64,000 nt of DNA from Eubacteriales bacterium (lineage in GTDB: Bacteria; Bacillota; Clostridia; Oscillospirales; CAG-272). Shown here one piece after another: positions 44,751 through 54,122 of this stretch. Positions within the stretch are counted from its first letter, which is position 1; each line of letters opens with the position of its first letter. The stretch lies in NCBI GenBank assembly GCA_045594085.1, contig JAZNXW010000003.1:8668-72667 (forward strand), written 5' to 3'. Under the pieces are notes generated by a model, which was not told where the DNA came from, searched no databases, and was given only the letters and a program-made list of their open reading frames with translations. The position numbers were made by a program, and so were the translations under genes.

Positions 44751-46594
44751 AATACGTCTCCTCCGAATTTATTTGCACCGCAAGCCTCGCAGCCCTCGCG
44801 GCAGTTGCGAGTCGTGCGGCTCTTCTTCGCCAGATCATACTCGCGCTTCATAAACGTTTTTGTAACGCCGCAATCGATAACATCCCACGGAAGGACCTCG
44901 CTCGCATCGCGGTCGCGGTTTGCATAGAAAGCAGGATCGATGCCTGCCGCACGGAACGCCTCGTGCCAGCGATCGTAGCTGAAATGCTCATCCCACGCAT
45001 CGAAGCACGCGCCGAGGCGGTGCATCTCGAGCATAACGGCTGAGAGCTTTCTGTCGCCTCGCGCAAGAACCGCCTCGATCTCGGACACCTCAGAGTCGTG
45101 GAAGTCATAGCGGATGCGTCTGTCGCGGATATTATCCGCGATGAGGCGCTGACGGCGGCGGAATTCATCTCTGCTGATCTGCGGGAACCACTGGAACGGA
45201 GTGAACGGCTTCGGGATGAAGCACGCGGTCGAAATCGTAACCTTGGGAGAAAGCTTTCTGTTGCGTTCGGGAGTATTGTAATACTCCTGAACGACGCGCT
45301 CGGCAAGCCTTGCGATACCGATGACGTCCTCGTCCGTTTCTGTGGGCAGACCGATCATAAAATAGAGCTTGACCTGCGATTTGCCTGCGGCAAATGCGAT
45401 ATGGACCGCGTTCAGAATGTCCTCCTCGCGGACGTTTTTGTTGATCGCGTCGCGCAGGCGCTGTGTGCCTGCCTCGGGTGCGAACGTAAGTCCCGACGAG
45501 CGGACGCGGCTGATCTTTTCCATCAGCTCGGGAGTGAAGCTGTCCGCACGGAGCGACGGCAACGAAAGCGAGATCTTGCTGTCCGTAGTCCAATCTATAA
45601 GCTCGTCCGTTAGTCTGTCAACGCAGGTATAGTCGTCGATAGCGAGGGACGTGAGCGAGATCTCGTCATATCCTGTATTTTCGTACATCTCCTTTGCCTG
45701 ACGGCAGAGAGTTTCAACGCTTCTGTCGCGGACGGGGCGGTATATCATACCCGCCTGGCAGAATCTGCATCCGCGAATACATCCGCGGAAAACCTCGAGC
45801 ATTATTCTGTCGTGAACGACCTCTGTGAAAGGCATAACGGGCTTTGTCGGGAAATAGGATTTATCGAAATCCTCGACGATGCGCTTAATTACACGTGCGG
45901 GCACATTCTCGTCTGCGGGTATATAAGACGCGACGGTACCGTCAGCGTTATATTCAACGTTGTAAAGCGACGGGACATAGAAGCCCTCGAGCTCTGTTGC
46001 CGCCGCGTAAAGGAACGCCTTTTTCGTATACGTTCCGTCTTCCTTCATACGAATGTAAAGACGTGCGAGCTCCGGGAGCGCTTCCTCGCCCTCTCCGATC
46101 GAGAAGATATCGAAAAAGTCCGCCATCGGCTCCGCATTGTACGCGCACGGACCGCCGCCGATGACAACGGGATCGTTTTCATCACGTTCGGATGCGAGAA
46201 GCGGGATACCGCCAAGCTCAAGCATTTTGAGGACGGTCGTATAGCACATCTCATACTGAAGAGTGAATGCAACGATATCAAAATCCTTGATCGGATCGCC
46301 GCTTTCGTGCGCCCAAAGCGGAATATCGTACTCCTTCATCCGCTCCTGCATATCTGTCCAAGGTGCGTAAACGCGCTCGCACCACACGCCCTCGCACTCA
46401 TTGAGCGCACCGTACAGGATGCGCACGCCGAGATTGGACATACCTATTTCATATGTATCCGGAAAGCAGAATGCGAATCTGCATTTTACCTCCGCCTTAT
46501 CCTTTATTACCTGATTGCGCTCTCCACCCGTATATCTGCCGGGCTTCGTGACGCTTTTAAGGACGCTTGCGTATTTTTTGTAATCCATTATCAA
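44732..46594 (-). CDS. TIGR03960-family B12-binding-domain radical SAM protein
   Basis: N-terminus KPGRYTGGERN...FCFPDTYEIGMSNLG and cluster motif CIRGCRFCQAG. Confidence 0.85.
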   Translation of the reverse strand: MIMDYKKYASVLKSVTKPGRYTGGERNQVIKDKAEVKCRFAFCFPDTYEIGMSNLGVRILYGALNECEGVWCERVYAPWTDMQERMKEYDIPLWAHESGDPIKDFDIVAFTLQYEMCYTTVLKMLELGGIPLLASERDENDPVVIGGGPCAYNAEPMADFFDIFSIGEGEEALPELARLYIRMKEDGTYTKKAFLYAAATELEGFYVPSLYNVEYNADGTVASYIPADENVPARVIKRIVEDFDKSYFPTKPVMPFTEVVHDRIMLEVFRGCIRGCRFCQAGMIYRPVRDRSVETLCRQAKEMYENTGYDEISLTSLAIDDYTCVDRLTDELIDWTTDSKISLSLPSLRADSFTPELMEKISRVRSSGLTFAPEAGTQRLRDAINKNVREEDILNAVHIAFAAGKSQVKLYFMIGLPTETDEDVIGIARLAERVVQEYYNTPERNRKLSPKVTISTACFIPKPFTPFQWFPQISRDEFRRRQRLIADNIRDRRIRYDFHDSEVSEIEAVLARGDRKLSAVMLEMHRLGACFDAWDEHFSYDRWHEAFRAAGIDPAFYANRDRDASEVLPWDVIDCGVTKTFMKREYDLAKKSRTTRNCREGCEACGANKFGGDVLCRKKR

Positions 46595-46670
46595 AACGCC
46601 TTTCTTTATGTAACCGTTATTTTACGATGATGCGGGTGAAGAGACTCGCCCTTCACCCGCGTTGTTTGTA

Positions 46671-49337
46671 TTAAATTATCATCTTGGACACGATGAACAT
46701 GGGAACGATCCAAACGAGCGCGTACAAGGATATGAATATGGGTGTGAGCGTGAGTGCGCCGAAGAGAAGCGCGAGCGCTGCGATCACAAGGCTGACGAAG
46801 AGCGAAATGATAACGAGCATCGTATTCACGCTACGTGCGTGGAGCACTTTTTCACAAAGCGCCACCGTCTGAATGACGGACTTGGGCGAATCCTTGGAAA
46901 CGAGGCCGCTTCCGGTCGTTTCTCCGACCTTGGTTTTGTCGTCGAGGCTCTTGCATCTGATGATGCGGATGGGATAATCCGCGAGCTTGATCTGCGCGCC
47001 GAGGAACTGCTCGGTGATGTTGGGATCAAACGTCTTCAGACCGATGAACATACCGCCGCGGTCAAGCTGCTTGAGAATGAACTCGAAATCAGCATCGACA
47101 ACGTAGGATATGAGCATACGGGAGATGAATTTGCCGTCCTTGACCATATACATAACGCTTACGACGGGCTCGAACACGTCATTTCTGTGAGGCTCAAGCG
47201 GTGCGGGGATCCTTACGCCTGCGGCTTCGAGCGCATCGATGGTACCGAAGGAGATCACGGATCCGTCAACCTCTGCTTCAAGCAGACCGGGAAGCGTACG
47301 GAGGAGCTTGACGTTTGAAGAATATCCGATATCGCGGGTAGCGATATCAAACACGTCTGAGAGCGGGCCGCCGACTGTGCAGAACACACTTGCCGCATAG
47401 TAAAGCACGTCATCGATACGGTTATTGCCGAACACGTTGATCGCACGAACGTTGACTCCCGTAGACGGGAACACGTTGTTGTCATCAAAAGAGATAATTG
47501 CCGCATCCGCATACTCTTCCGCGGAGCTTTCACCGATGATGGTGCTTTCATCCTCGTACGCTTTCTGGTTAGCCATATAGAAGGGGTGCGAAAACATATA
47601 GAACACGGACAGCGGCATGCATACAAGTGCCGTTGAGATTGCCGCCTTCATTCCTCCATAGAGAGTTCCTGCATCGTTATAGCTGAACGCAAAGAACGCG
47701 GCGGCGATAACGATAGCGGCGGGCACGATGAATCCGATGAACTTTCTGCCGTTCGGATAGCGGTTCGTGCGGAGGAAATAGTCGTTTACAAAGTCTGCAC
47801 ATTCGACTCTGAGAACGCCGATATCGTCGGCGTCATCGTCCTCGTCCATCATATCGGAGAATGCCTCGTGCTCGAGATGAGACTCGGACATTGTGAGATT
47901 TTCAAGCGCAAACTTCGACTTTTTCGACGAAATAATGCTGAAGCTGAGTATCTCGCGGCGAACATTGATATAATCGCTGACATACAGCACGATAAACATC
48001 ACAGCAACGGGAAGGTTGAATGTAACGGGACCGCCTTCCTCATACACGTGCACGAAGGAGATCACAACGCTGTAAAGCGCGTTGAGAATAAGCGCGAATG
48101 CGGCGATGGACTCGGGCGCGGGCTTCGCGCCGAAGAAATCGCGCAGTCCGGACCAAACGGACTTATACGCGGGAGCCGCGACAAGAAGCAGGAGCTGAAG
48201 TCCCACCATAATGAACACGACAGGATAGAGCGTAGGCGAGAAGGCTCCGCCGAGTGTTATACCGAATGCGGAGTGGCATTCGAAGATTGCAAGGATCAGC
48301 GTGAGGACGGTCGCATACAGAATCTTGACACCGGAGAGCTTTCTTGCGGCGGCATATGAGTCGCGGACCTCTCGGGTCTGAGTCTTGCTTGTGTATTCAT
48401 ATTCGAGACGGGATCTTTCGCGGTTGAGATTTTCAACGCGTTCGATATCGCCCTGCTGTTTTTCAACGTATGCGGTGACGTTTTTCTCACCGATGGATTC
48501 GTGGAGCTCATCCTCCATGCCGAGCGCAAGCATAATGTTCACGTCAAAGTCATCGACGTCGCTTTGCGGCTTATCTGTGGGGGAACCGAGCGCGGAGAAA
48601 TCCTCTTCATCGTCTCCTGAGACCGCGTCAAAGACGATTGTACCGTCTTCTTCAGCGGATTCGGACTCTTCTTCCGACTCCACGGGAGCCTCGACAGCTT
48701 CTTCTGTCGGTTCTGCCGTTTCTTCATCATCGGAGCCGTAAAGCTCGTCCTCGGGCTCCTCAAATTCAGCGAAGATGTCAATGTCATGATCGAAGCTCTT
48801 TGCGCCGGGCTCGACAAAATCGAACACGTTCGTTGCTTCATCCGGTGTCTCATTCTTCGCGCCGTCTTCGGATTCGTACTCTTCAACGCTGTCAAAGATA
48901 CTGAGATCTTCGTCCTCTTCTTCACTTTCCGCATCAAAGGACACGGCGTCAAACACAGCGGTACCCGCCTCAAGCTCGTCTATCACGGACGCACGTGCTG
49001 TATTTTCCGCAATTGCTTCTTCAATTGTGTCAGGCTCAGATTCAGCTTCGCTGACTCCGTGCATTCTGGCAGCCGTCATACGTCTTCTGCGTAACGGCTT
49101 GACCTCCGCTTCCGCAGAAACGGACGTGCCGTATTCCTTTACGTCATCGTCGTTTTCGGCGACAGCGGGATCGGTTGCGTCATCCGCGATCTGCGCAGAC
49201 GCTTCGTCCGCGAAATCCTCGTCCATATACTTGCGCAAAAGCTCAGTTATGTCGAGTTCGCTTTCCTTAGTCGGCTTATTGCCGTTGTTTTCGATCATAG
49301 CTTTCTCCAAAATTGATTTATCGTAATTTGGTGTCAT
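46671..49337 (-). CDS. membrane protein resembling a catalytically degenerate P1B-type ATPase, with a long acidic N-terminal region
   Basis: The TM and cytoplasmic-loop order parallels heavy-metal ATPases, but CPC becomes MPL, FDKTGT becomes FDDNNV, and TGDN becomes TFDPN. The first roughly 300 aa are D/E-rich. The ATG overlaps the rlmB stop (ATGA). Confidence 0.6.
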   Translation of the reverse strand: MTPNYDKSILEKAMIENNGNKPTKESELDITELLRKYMDEDFADEASAQIADDATDPAVAENDDDVKEYGTSVSAEAEVKPLRRRRMTAARMHGVSEAESEPDTIEEAIAENTARASVIDELEAGTAVFDAVSFDAESEEEDEDLSIFDSVEEYESEDGAKNETPDEATNVFDFVEPGAKSFDHDIDIFAEFEEPEDELYGSDDEETAEPTEEAVEAPVESEEESESAEEDGTIVFDAVSGDDEEDFSALGSPTDKPQSDVDDFDVNIMLALGMEDELHESIGEKNVTAYVEKQQGDIERVENLNRERSRLEYEYTSKTQTREVRDSYAAARKLSGVKILYATVLTLILAIFECHSAFGITLGGAFSPTLYPVVFIMVGLQLLLLVAAPAYKSVWSGLRDFFGAKPAPESIAAFALILNALYSVVISFVHVYEEGGPVTFNLPVAVMFIVLYVSDYINVRREILSFSIISSKKSKFALENLTMSESHLEHEAFSDMMDEDDDADDIGVLRVECADFVNDYFLRTNRYPNGRKFIGFIVPAAIVIAAAFFAFSYNDAGTLYGGMKAAISTALVCMPLSVFYMFSHPFYMANQKAYEDESTIIGESSAEEYADAAIISFDDNNVFPSTGVNVRAINVFGNNRIDDVLYYAASVFCTVGGPLSDVFDIATRDIGYSSNVKLLRTLPGLLEAEVDGSVISFGTIDALEAAGVRIPAPLEPHRNDVFEPVVSVMYMVKDGKFISRMLISYVVDADFEFILKQLDRGGMFIGLKTFDPNITEQFLGAQIKLADYPIRIIRCKSLDDKTKVGETTGSGLVSKDSPKSVIQTVALCEKVLHARSVNTMLVIISLFVSLVIAALALLFGALTLTPIFISLYALVWIVPMFIVSKMII

Positions 49338-50137
49338 TCGTGCAGTTGTCTTGCCGCTTCAAAAAGAAGCACTGCGCCTGCGCACGAAACATTAAGTGAA
49401 TTAACGTGGCCGTACATCGGTATCGAAACGACGAAATCGCTCGCTTCACGGAGCACGCGGCTTACGCCCTCGCCCTCGCTTCCGAGGATTATCGCTGTCG
49501 CCGAATCGAATTTGGTTTTGTAATAGGGCTCGCCGTCCGCCTCGGCTGTATAGACCCAGACTCCTCTTTCCTGAAGCTCCTTGACAGCGGCGGCAAGATT
49601 CGGGACCTTGACTATCGTCAAGTGCTCGATCGCTCCCGCAGATGATTTTGAGACAGCCGGTGTAAGACCTGCGCTATGGCGCTTGGGAATAATGAGTCCG
49701 TGCACTCCCGCACACTCCGCCGATCTGATGATCGCGCCGAGATTGCCGGGATCCGTTACGTCATCCGCAATGACGATGAAGGGCTTTTCGCCGCGCTCGC
49801 GGGCGACGTCAAAAATGTCATCGATGGTACCGTAATCCTTTTCGGCAGCCATTGCAATGATGCCCTGATGGTTCATTCCGCCGGCCATAAAGTCGAGCTT
49901 TCCGGGATCAACCTCGACGGTGGGAATCTTCATACGTCCCGCTTCCGCGATGAGAGCTGTTATACTTCCCTCTTTATCGCCTCTGCGGACGAAAATCTTA
50001 TCTATACTGCGTCCGCTTTTGAGAAGCTCGCGGACTGCGTTGCGTCCTATAACGGCGCCCTCAACAGGCTCCTTGGGAATCTGTCTTTTCTCGCCCGCGG
50101 ACGACTGTTTTGTGTATCTTTTTTTATCGTTTGCCAT
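49334..50137 (-). CDS. rlmB: 23S rRNA (guanosine-2'-O)-methyltransferase RlmB (SpoU/TrmH family, YacO-like)
   Basis: N-terminal substrate-binding domain (VIGRNAVRELLKSG) and SpoU motifs NLGAIIRSAE and IILGSEGEGVS. Confidence 0.85.
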   Translation of the reverse strand: MANDKKRYTKQSSAGEKRQIPKEPVEGAVIGRNAVRELLKSGRSIDKIFVRRGDKEGSITALIAEAGRMKIPTVEVDPGKLDFMAGGMNHQGIIAMAAEKDYGTIDDIFDVARERGEKPFIVIADDVTDPGNLGAIIRSAECAGVHGLIIPKRHSAGLTPAVSKSSAGAIEHLTIVKVPNLAAAVKELQERGVWVYTAEADGEPYYKTKFDSATAIILGSEGEGVSRVLREASDFVVSIPMYGHVNSLNVSCAGAVLLFEAARQLHE

Positions 50138-50241
50138 ATAAATCTATCAAAACCTATACTTCGAGAAATACATTCATAACATTATATCACATTTATTTCG
50201 TTTTGTATATATTTTTAGCGATTTTTTTGATTGGCAAACAC

Positions 50242-50278
50242 AAAAAACGAAGCCGTGCAACAGCACAGCTTCGTTTTT
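50242..50278. terminator. bidirectional terminator
   Basis: aaaaaacgaagc...gcttcgttttt. Confidence 0.7.
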
Positions 50279-50301
50279 CGGACAAATATTATTATGTAAT
50301 A

Positions 50302-50556
50302 TCAGTGTCTCTTTCTTGCCGCATAGCATTCGTTGCAATATACGGGTCTGTCGCCGGAGGGCTCAAAGTTCACCTTGCAGGCTTTGCCGCATTCAGCGCA
50401 AACAGCATCATGCTTTGCTTTTCTTGCGTCCTTGCAGGACTTGCAATGCTTAGGCTCATTCATAAGGCCTTTTTCGGCAAAAAATGCCTGTTCGCCGGCA
50501 GAAAAAGTGAATTCCTTGCCGCAGGTAACGCAAACCAGCGTCTTGTCTTCGTACAT
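50302..50556 (-). CDS. zinc-ribbon domain protein (4 CxxC pairs)
   Basis: CVTCGKEF...HCKSCKD...CAECGKAC...YCNECY. RBS AAGGAGA. Confidence 0.75.
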   Translation of the reverse strand: MYEDKTLVCVTCGKEFTFSAGEQAFFAEKGLMNEPKHCKSCKDARKAKHDAVCAECGKACKVNFEPSGDRPVYCNECYAARKRH

Positions 50557-50691
50557 GGGGGTTCTCCTTGTAATATAAATAGAAAATGTGCCCTCGACGG
50601 ACTTTGACCGTCATCTTTGTTTTTTTGACAATGCTCTAATTAAGCTATACGGGCATTTATGCATAACGGGACAAGTCCCTTTACACCGATA

Positions 50692-51273
50692 TTACTGCGT
50701 GATGAGCTTTTGAAGCTTACCGCGCATTCTGTAAAGTGCGTTTTCGACCGTTTTGACGTTCACACCGAGTGTGTCCGCGATGGTGGACGGCTTGGCACCG
50801 TCAACGTAAAGGTCGTACACCTCATACTCAAGCGGAGACAAGACGGCTTTGATCTTATAATCGAGCTCCTGCTCGCTTTCCATATTGAGCAACATCTCCG
50901 ACGGATCGGGATCGAGAGATACGCCGTCTTCAAGATCAAACGCGTCCTCATCGACGGCGGTAAACACACCACTGTGACGTCTGATAAGGGAGATCATACG
51001 ATTTTTAATGCAGATCTTTGCATAAAGACCGAAGCTGACGTCCTCTTTGGCAGGATCGTATCGGAGTGCGGACTGATAAAGCTTAATGACCGCCTCCTGG
51101 CGGAATTCTTCCTCATCGGTGCGTGTCACATCAGACATAAGCGACGCTGCGCCGATAACTGAGGAGTCGATAAGCGGGGCGTATCTGCGGAGAAGCTCCG
51201 CGCACGCGTCATCATCGCCGGACTTGACTGCCGATATCAATTCATCAACTGAAAATTTGTCGTAATTTATCAT
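50692..51273 (-). CDS. sigma-70 family RNA polymerase sigma factor (SigH-like size and architecture)
   Basis: Region 2 (EEFRQEAVIKLYQSALRYD) and region 4 HTH (LSPLEYEVYDLYVDGAKPSTIADTLGVNVKTVENALYRMRGKL). Confidence 0.75.
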   Translation of the reverse strand: MINYDKFSVDELISAVKSGDDDACAELLRRYAPLIDSSVIGAASLMSDVTRTDEEEFRQEAVIKLYQSALRYDPAKEDVSFGLYAKICIKNRMISLIRRHSGVFTAVDEDAFDLEDGVSLDPDPSEMLLNMESEQELDYKIKAVLSPLEYEVYDLYVDGAKPSTIADTLGVNVKTVENALYRMRGKLQKLITQ

Positions 51274-51362
51274 ATTTTCACTGCCAAAAACACTATACCT
51301 TGTGTATTATATCACATTCAGGCGATTTGTCAACATATTATGAACAGATTTTGAAATATTTT

Positions 51363-51920
51363 TCAAAATATTAAATTCACATCTCCGGAAAGAAGTGCGA
51401 GCGAGCCGCGATATATAACCTCGGGATGCTCACGGAAATTTTTCCTGATCATTTCGGCACGTGCGGGCGAATCAACCTTAACGGTAACGGAACACACGGG
51501 ACGCTTTTTTTCGCGGATCGTACAGGTGACGAGCAATCCGCCGCCTTCCTCCTCGGGGATCTCTTCCTTTTTGAAATCAAGATCCGCCTCGCGTTCCTTA
51601 AAGGAAACAAGCCGCAACGCAGTCTTGAGGCTTCGCGATCTTATCTCGGCAAAGATATCCTCGGACAGTCCGTCCGCAACATTGACGCCGCGAGGCGTGA
51701 TGCAATACGTATCAAGCTCGCCCTCTCCGCCCTTGATCTCCGCGAGCAATCCGTCGTCAAGGAGCTCGGAAAAACACGTGGCAAAATCGATATATTCAAC
51801 GTATCCGTCGTAAAGCGCAACGTCATTTATTATGTTGTAATCGAGCGGTCTGTCGAGGTTTTTCATCAAAAAAAGAATGAAGACCTTGACGTAATTTTTG
51901 TCGCTGACGGGAGATCTCAT
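51363..51920 (-). CDS. DUF4364 family (PadR-like) protein
   Basis: KVFILFLMKNLDRPLDYNIINDVALYDGYVEYIDFATCFSELLDDGLL matches the family pattern. Confidence 0.55.
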   Translation of the reverse strand: MRSPVSDKNYVKVFILFLMKNLDRPLDYNIINDVALYDGYVEYIDFATCFSELLDDGLLAEIKGGEGELDTYCITPRGVNVADGLSEDIFAEIRSRSLKTALRLVSFKEREADLDFKKEEIPEEEGGGLLVTCTIREKKRPVCSVTVKVDSPARAEMIRKNFREHPEVIYRGSLALLSGDVNLIF

Positions 51921-52002
51921 AAGAACCTCGTTTTCCGTAAAATTTGCAAGGGGTGAAAGAACGCAAGCGTTCCTTCACCCCGAGCGTGTTATAAGTTACC
52001 TA

Positions 52003-53805
52003 TTATTCAGCAGGCGCAGCCTGAGTGGTATCGAACAGAGGCTTCCATGCCATGTAGTTGGACATCTTTACTCTGTCGAGAATGCTTGTTCCGAAGTAGT
52101 CAAGCTCGAAGCCGTCAACAACGTTGGAGTTGGTCATATATGCGTTCTGGTTGAACACGATCGGAACGATGGGCATATCTTCCATAAGAAGCTGTTCTGC
52201 CTCGCGGAGGATAGTTGCTCTCTTTGCAGAATCAACCTCAGCGTATGCACGTTCGATGATCTCGTTGTAAGCTTCGCTGTTGTAGCCGGTGAGGTGACCT
52301 ACGAAGGAGTAGTCGTTGCTGTCCATAGAAAGGTTGATACCGTTGCCGGAGAACTCAAGCGCGAAGGGAGCAAGGGCGGAGAAAGCTTCCTCAGAAAGTG
52401 CCTGATAGTCGATTGCGAGAACGTCCCAAGTGAGACCTTCGGCTCTGGATACGTTGTACATAGAGTTGAATACGTCGGTGTAGAGCGTGGAGTCTTCGCT
52501 GTTAACAGCTGCCTTGGAGGCAATGATCTTAACGTTGAAGCCAAGCTGACCCCAAGCGGTTGCAACGTAGGAAGCGATAGCTCCGCTTACGTCGTCATCT
52601 GCATAGTAGTTGATCTTGATATCGCCGCCGTTTACGCCTGCTTCCTTAAGAAGAGCCTTTGCAGCGTCAAGATTTGCGGTGGTAGCGATGAGCGCTTCAC
52701 CGGAGTCTCTCCAGGATGTGCCGGGTTCGCCGTTTGTTACGCCGTACGGAATGAAGCCCGTAGCAGCCTTAGCAAATACAACGATCTCATTTGCGATATA
52801 TTCGCGGTCGATAACAAGGGAAAGAGCCTTGCGCACTCTTGCATCCTTGAAGAGCTCATTATTGAGGTTGAAGTAGTAGCAGTGCGTGGACATAAGGTCG
52901 GCAGTGGTGATAGCCTCGCTGTACTGTTCCTTATATGCCTTACGCTGATCGAGCGGGAGCTCGTTCAAGTAGAAGAGATACTGTCCTGTGAACTTGCTGA
53001 GCTGAGCAGAAAGATTCTGGGAATAGTCCGTCTCAATTCTGTACGGGATAACGTACTTATCCATATACTCGTTCTTTTCGCTGTCGAGGAAGTAATAGTT
53101 GGAGCGTTCAAGTCTGAGCACGCCGCCGTATGTAACTGCCTTGATGGTGAAAGGACCGCTCGTTACCATCGTGGAGGGTTTCTTTGCCCAATCTGCGGAC
53201 TTGGAAACGATATCCTCACGGAGAGGAACAAGCGCAGGGCTTGCGAGATTGCGGAGGAACTGTTCGTAGTCGATGGAGCGTTCGAACTCAACTTCAACAA
53301 CGAGTGTTTCGGGAGCAGTGAGACCGAGGTCATCGATCGTCATATCACCGGCCTTTACAGCGCGAGCGTTTTTGATGTCGTAAAGAAGAGCAGCCGCTTC
53401 GGAGTCAAAGTCAACGTCAAGGATACGCTTCCAAGCGTAAACAACGTCCTTTGCGGTTACAGCGGTACCGTCACTCCACTTGGTGTTCTTGAGAGTGATC
53501 TGCATCTTATATTCGCCGTATCTGTTACCGTCGATGATCTCATAAGAATCGATAAGGGAAAGCTCGAGCTTACCTTTTTCATTAATATCGGTAAGACCTT
53601 CGTAAAGAAGGCTGAGTATCTTCACGTTGGAGTCGTTAAGATATGCGACAGCGGGGTCGAAGTTGTACATCTGTGTTCCCAAATACATGGGAATGATCGC
53701 ACCCTTGTCGTACTCGCCGGTTTCGTCTTTCTCAAGCGTCGTGCATCCGCAGAGAGCGGTGAGAAGCATTACGGCACACAGGATAAGTGACAATGCTCGT
53801 TTCAT
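52003..53805 (-). CDS. ABC transporter substrate-binding lipoprotein, family 5 (OppA/DppA-like), orphan
   Basis: Lipobox LTALCGC and a roughly 600-aa SBP_bac_5 pattern. No permease or ATPase genes are adjacent. Confidence 0.85.
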   Translation of the reverse strand: MKRALSLILCAVMLLTALCGCTTLEKDETGEYDKGAIIPMYLGTQMYNFDPAVAYLNDSNVKILSLLYEGLTDINEKGKLELSLIDSYEIIDGNRYGEYKMQITLKNTKWSDGTAVTAKDVVYAWKRILDVDFDSEAAALLYDIKNARAVKAGDMTIDDLGLTAPETLVVEVEFERSIDYEQFLRNLASPALVPLREDIVSKSADWAKKPSTMVTSGPFTIKAVTYGGVLRLERSNYYFLDSEKNEYMDKYVIPYRIETDYSQNLSAQLSKFTGQYLFYLNELPLDQRKAYKEQYSEAITTADLMSTHCYYFNLNNELFKDARVRKALSLVIDREYIANEIVVFAKAATGFIPYGVTNGEPGTSWRDSGEALIATTANLDAAKALLKEAGVNGGDIKINYYADDDVSGAIASYVATAWGQLGFNVKIIASKAAVNSEDSTLYTDVFNSMYNVSRAEGLTWDVLAIDYQALSEEAFSALAPFALEFSGNGINLSMDSNDYSFVGHLTGYNSEAYNEIIERAYAEVDSAKRATILREAEQLLMEDMPIVPIVFNQNAYMTNSNVVDGFELDYFGTSILDRVKMSNYMAWKPLFDTTQAAPAE

Positions 53806-54122
53806 AGTTTGGAAATTCCTCCTTTATGCGAATGGCATAAATTATAAATCTTTCAGGCATGCGTCTTTTCGCAAAAAAGCGAAAGGGGGGCACAATGCTT
53901 ACTCTATTATATCACTAAACTTTCCGAGAATCAATCAAATATTTGCGATATTTTTGCAGTTTCAGTTGTATGCACAACAGATTTGCATTTTTTTGTGCAA
54001 AGATACCAACAAAAAGCGCACTTTGTGAACTCGGTGTGAACAAGCGATATTCCTATGTATATTATAACATCTTTTTTGGCAGAATAAAAGTCCAAATTAA
54101 TTTTTTTTAACGGAGATTCCGA

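Noticed and set aside
46632-46660. Hairpin gcgggtgaag...cttcacccgc as the terminator of the 888-aa gene.
   Set aside because: The stem is good, but no U-tract follows on the minus strand. It may be a processing or stability element rather than a terminator, so it is not listed as a feature.
51898-53790. 630-aa plus-strand ORF.
   Set aside because: It is fully antisense to the OppA-type lipoprotein gene, which has a lipobox, RBS and family pattern. The antisense product has no recognisable motifs.
53806-54122. Possible sigma-F/G promoter and a small inverted repeat (TGCACAA...TTGTGCA) upstream of gpr.
   Set aside because: I could not match spaced -35/-10 elements convincingly by eye, and the inverted repeat is short and AT-rich.
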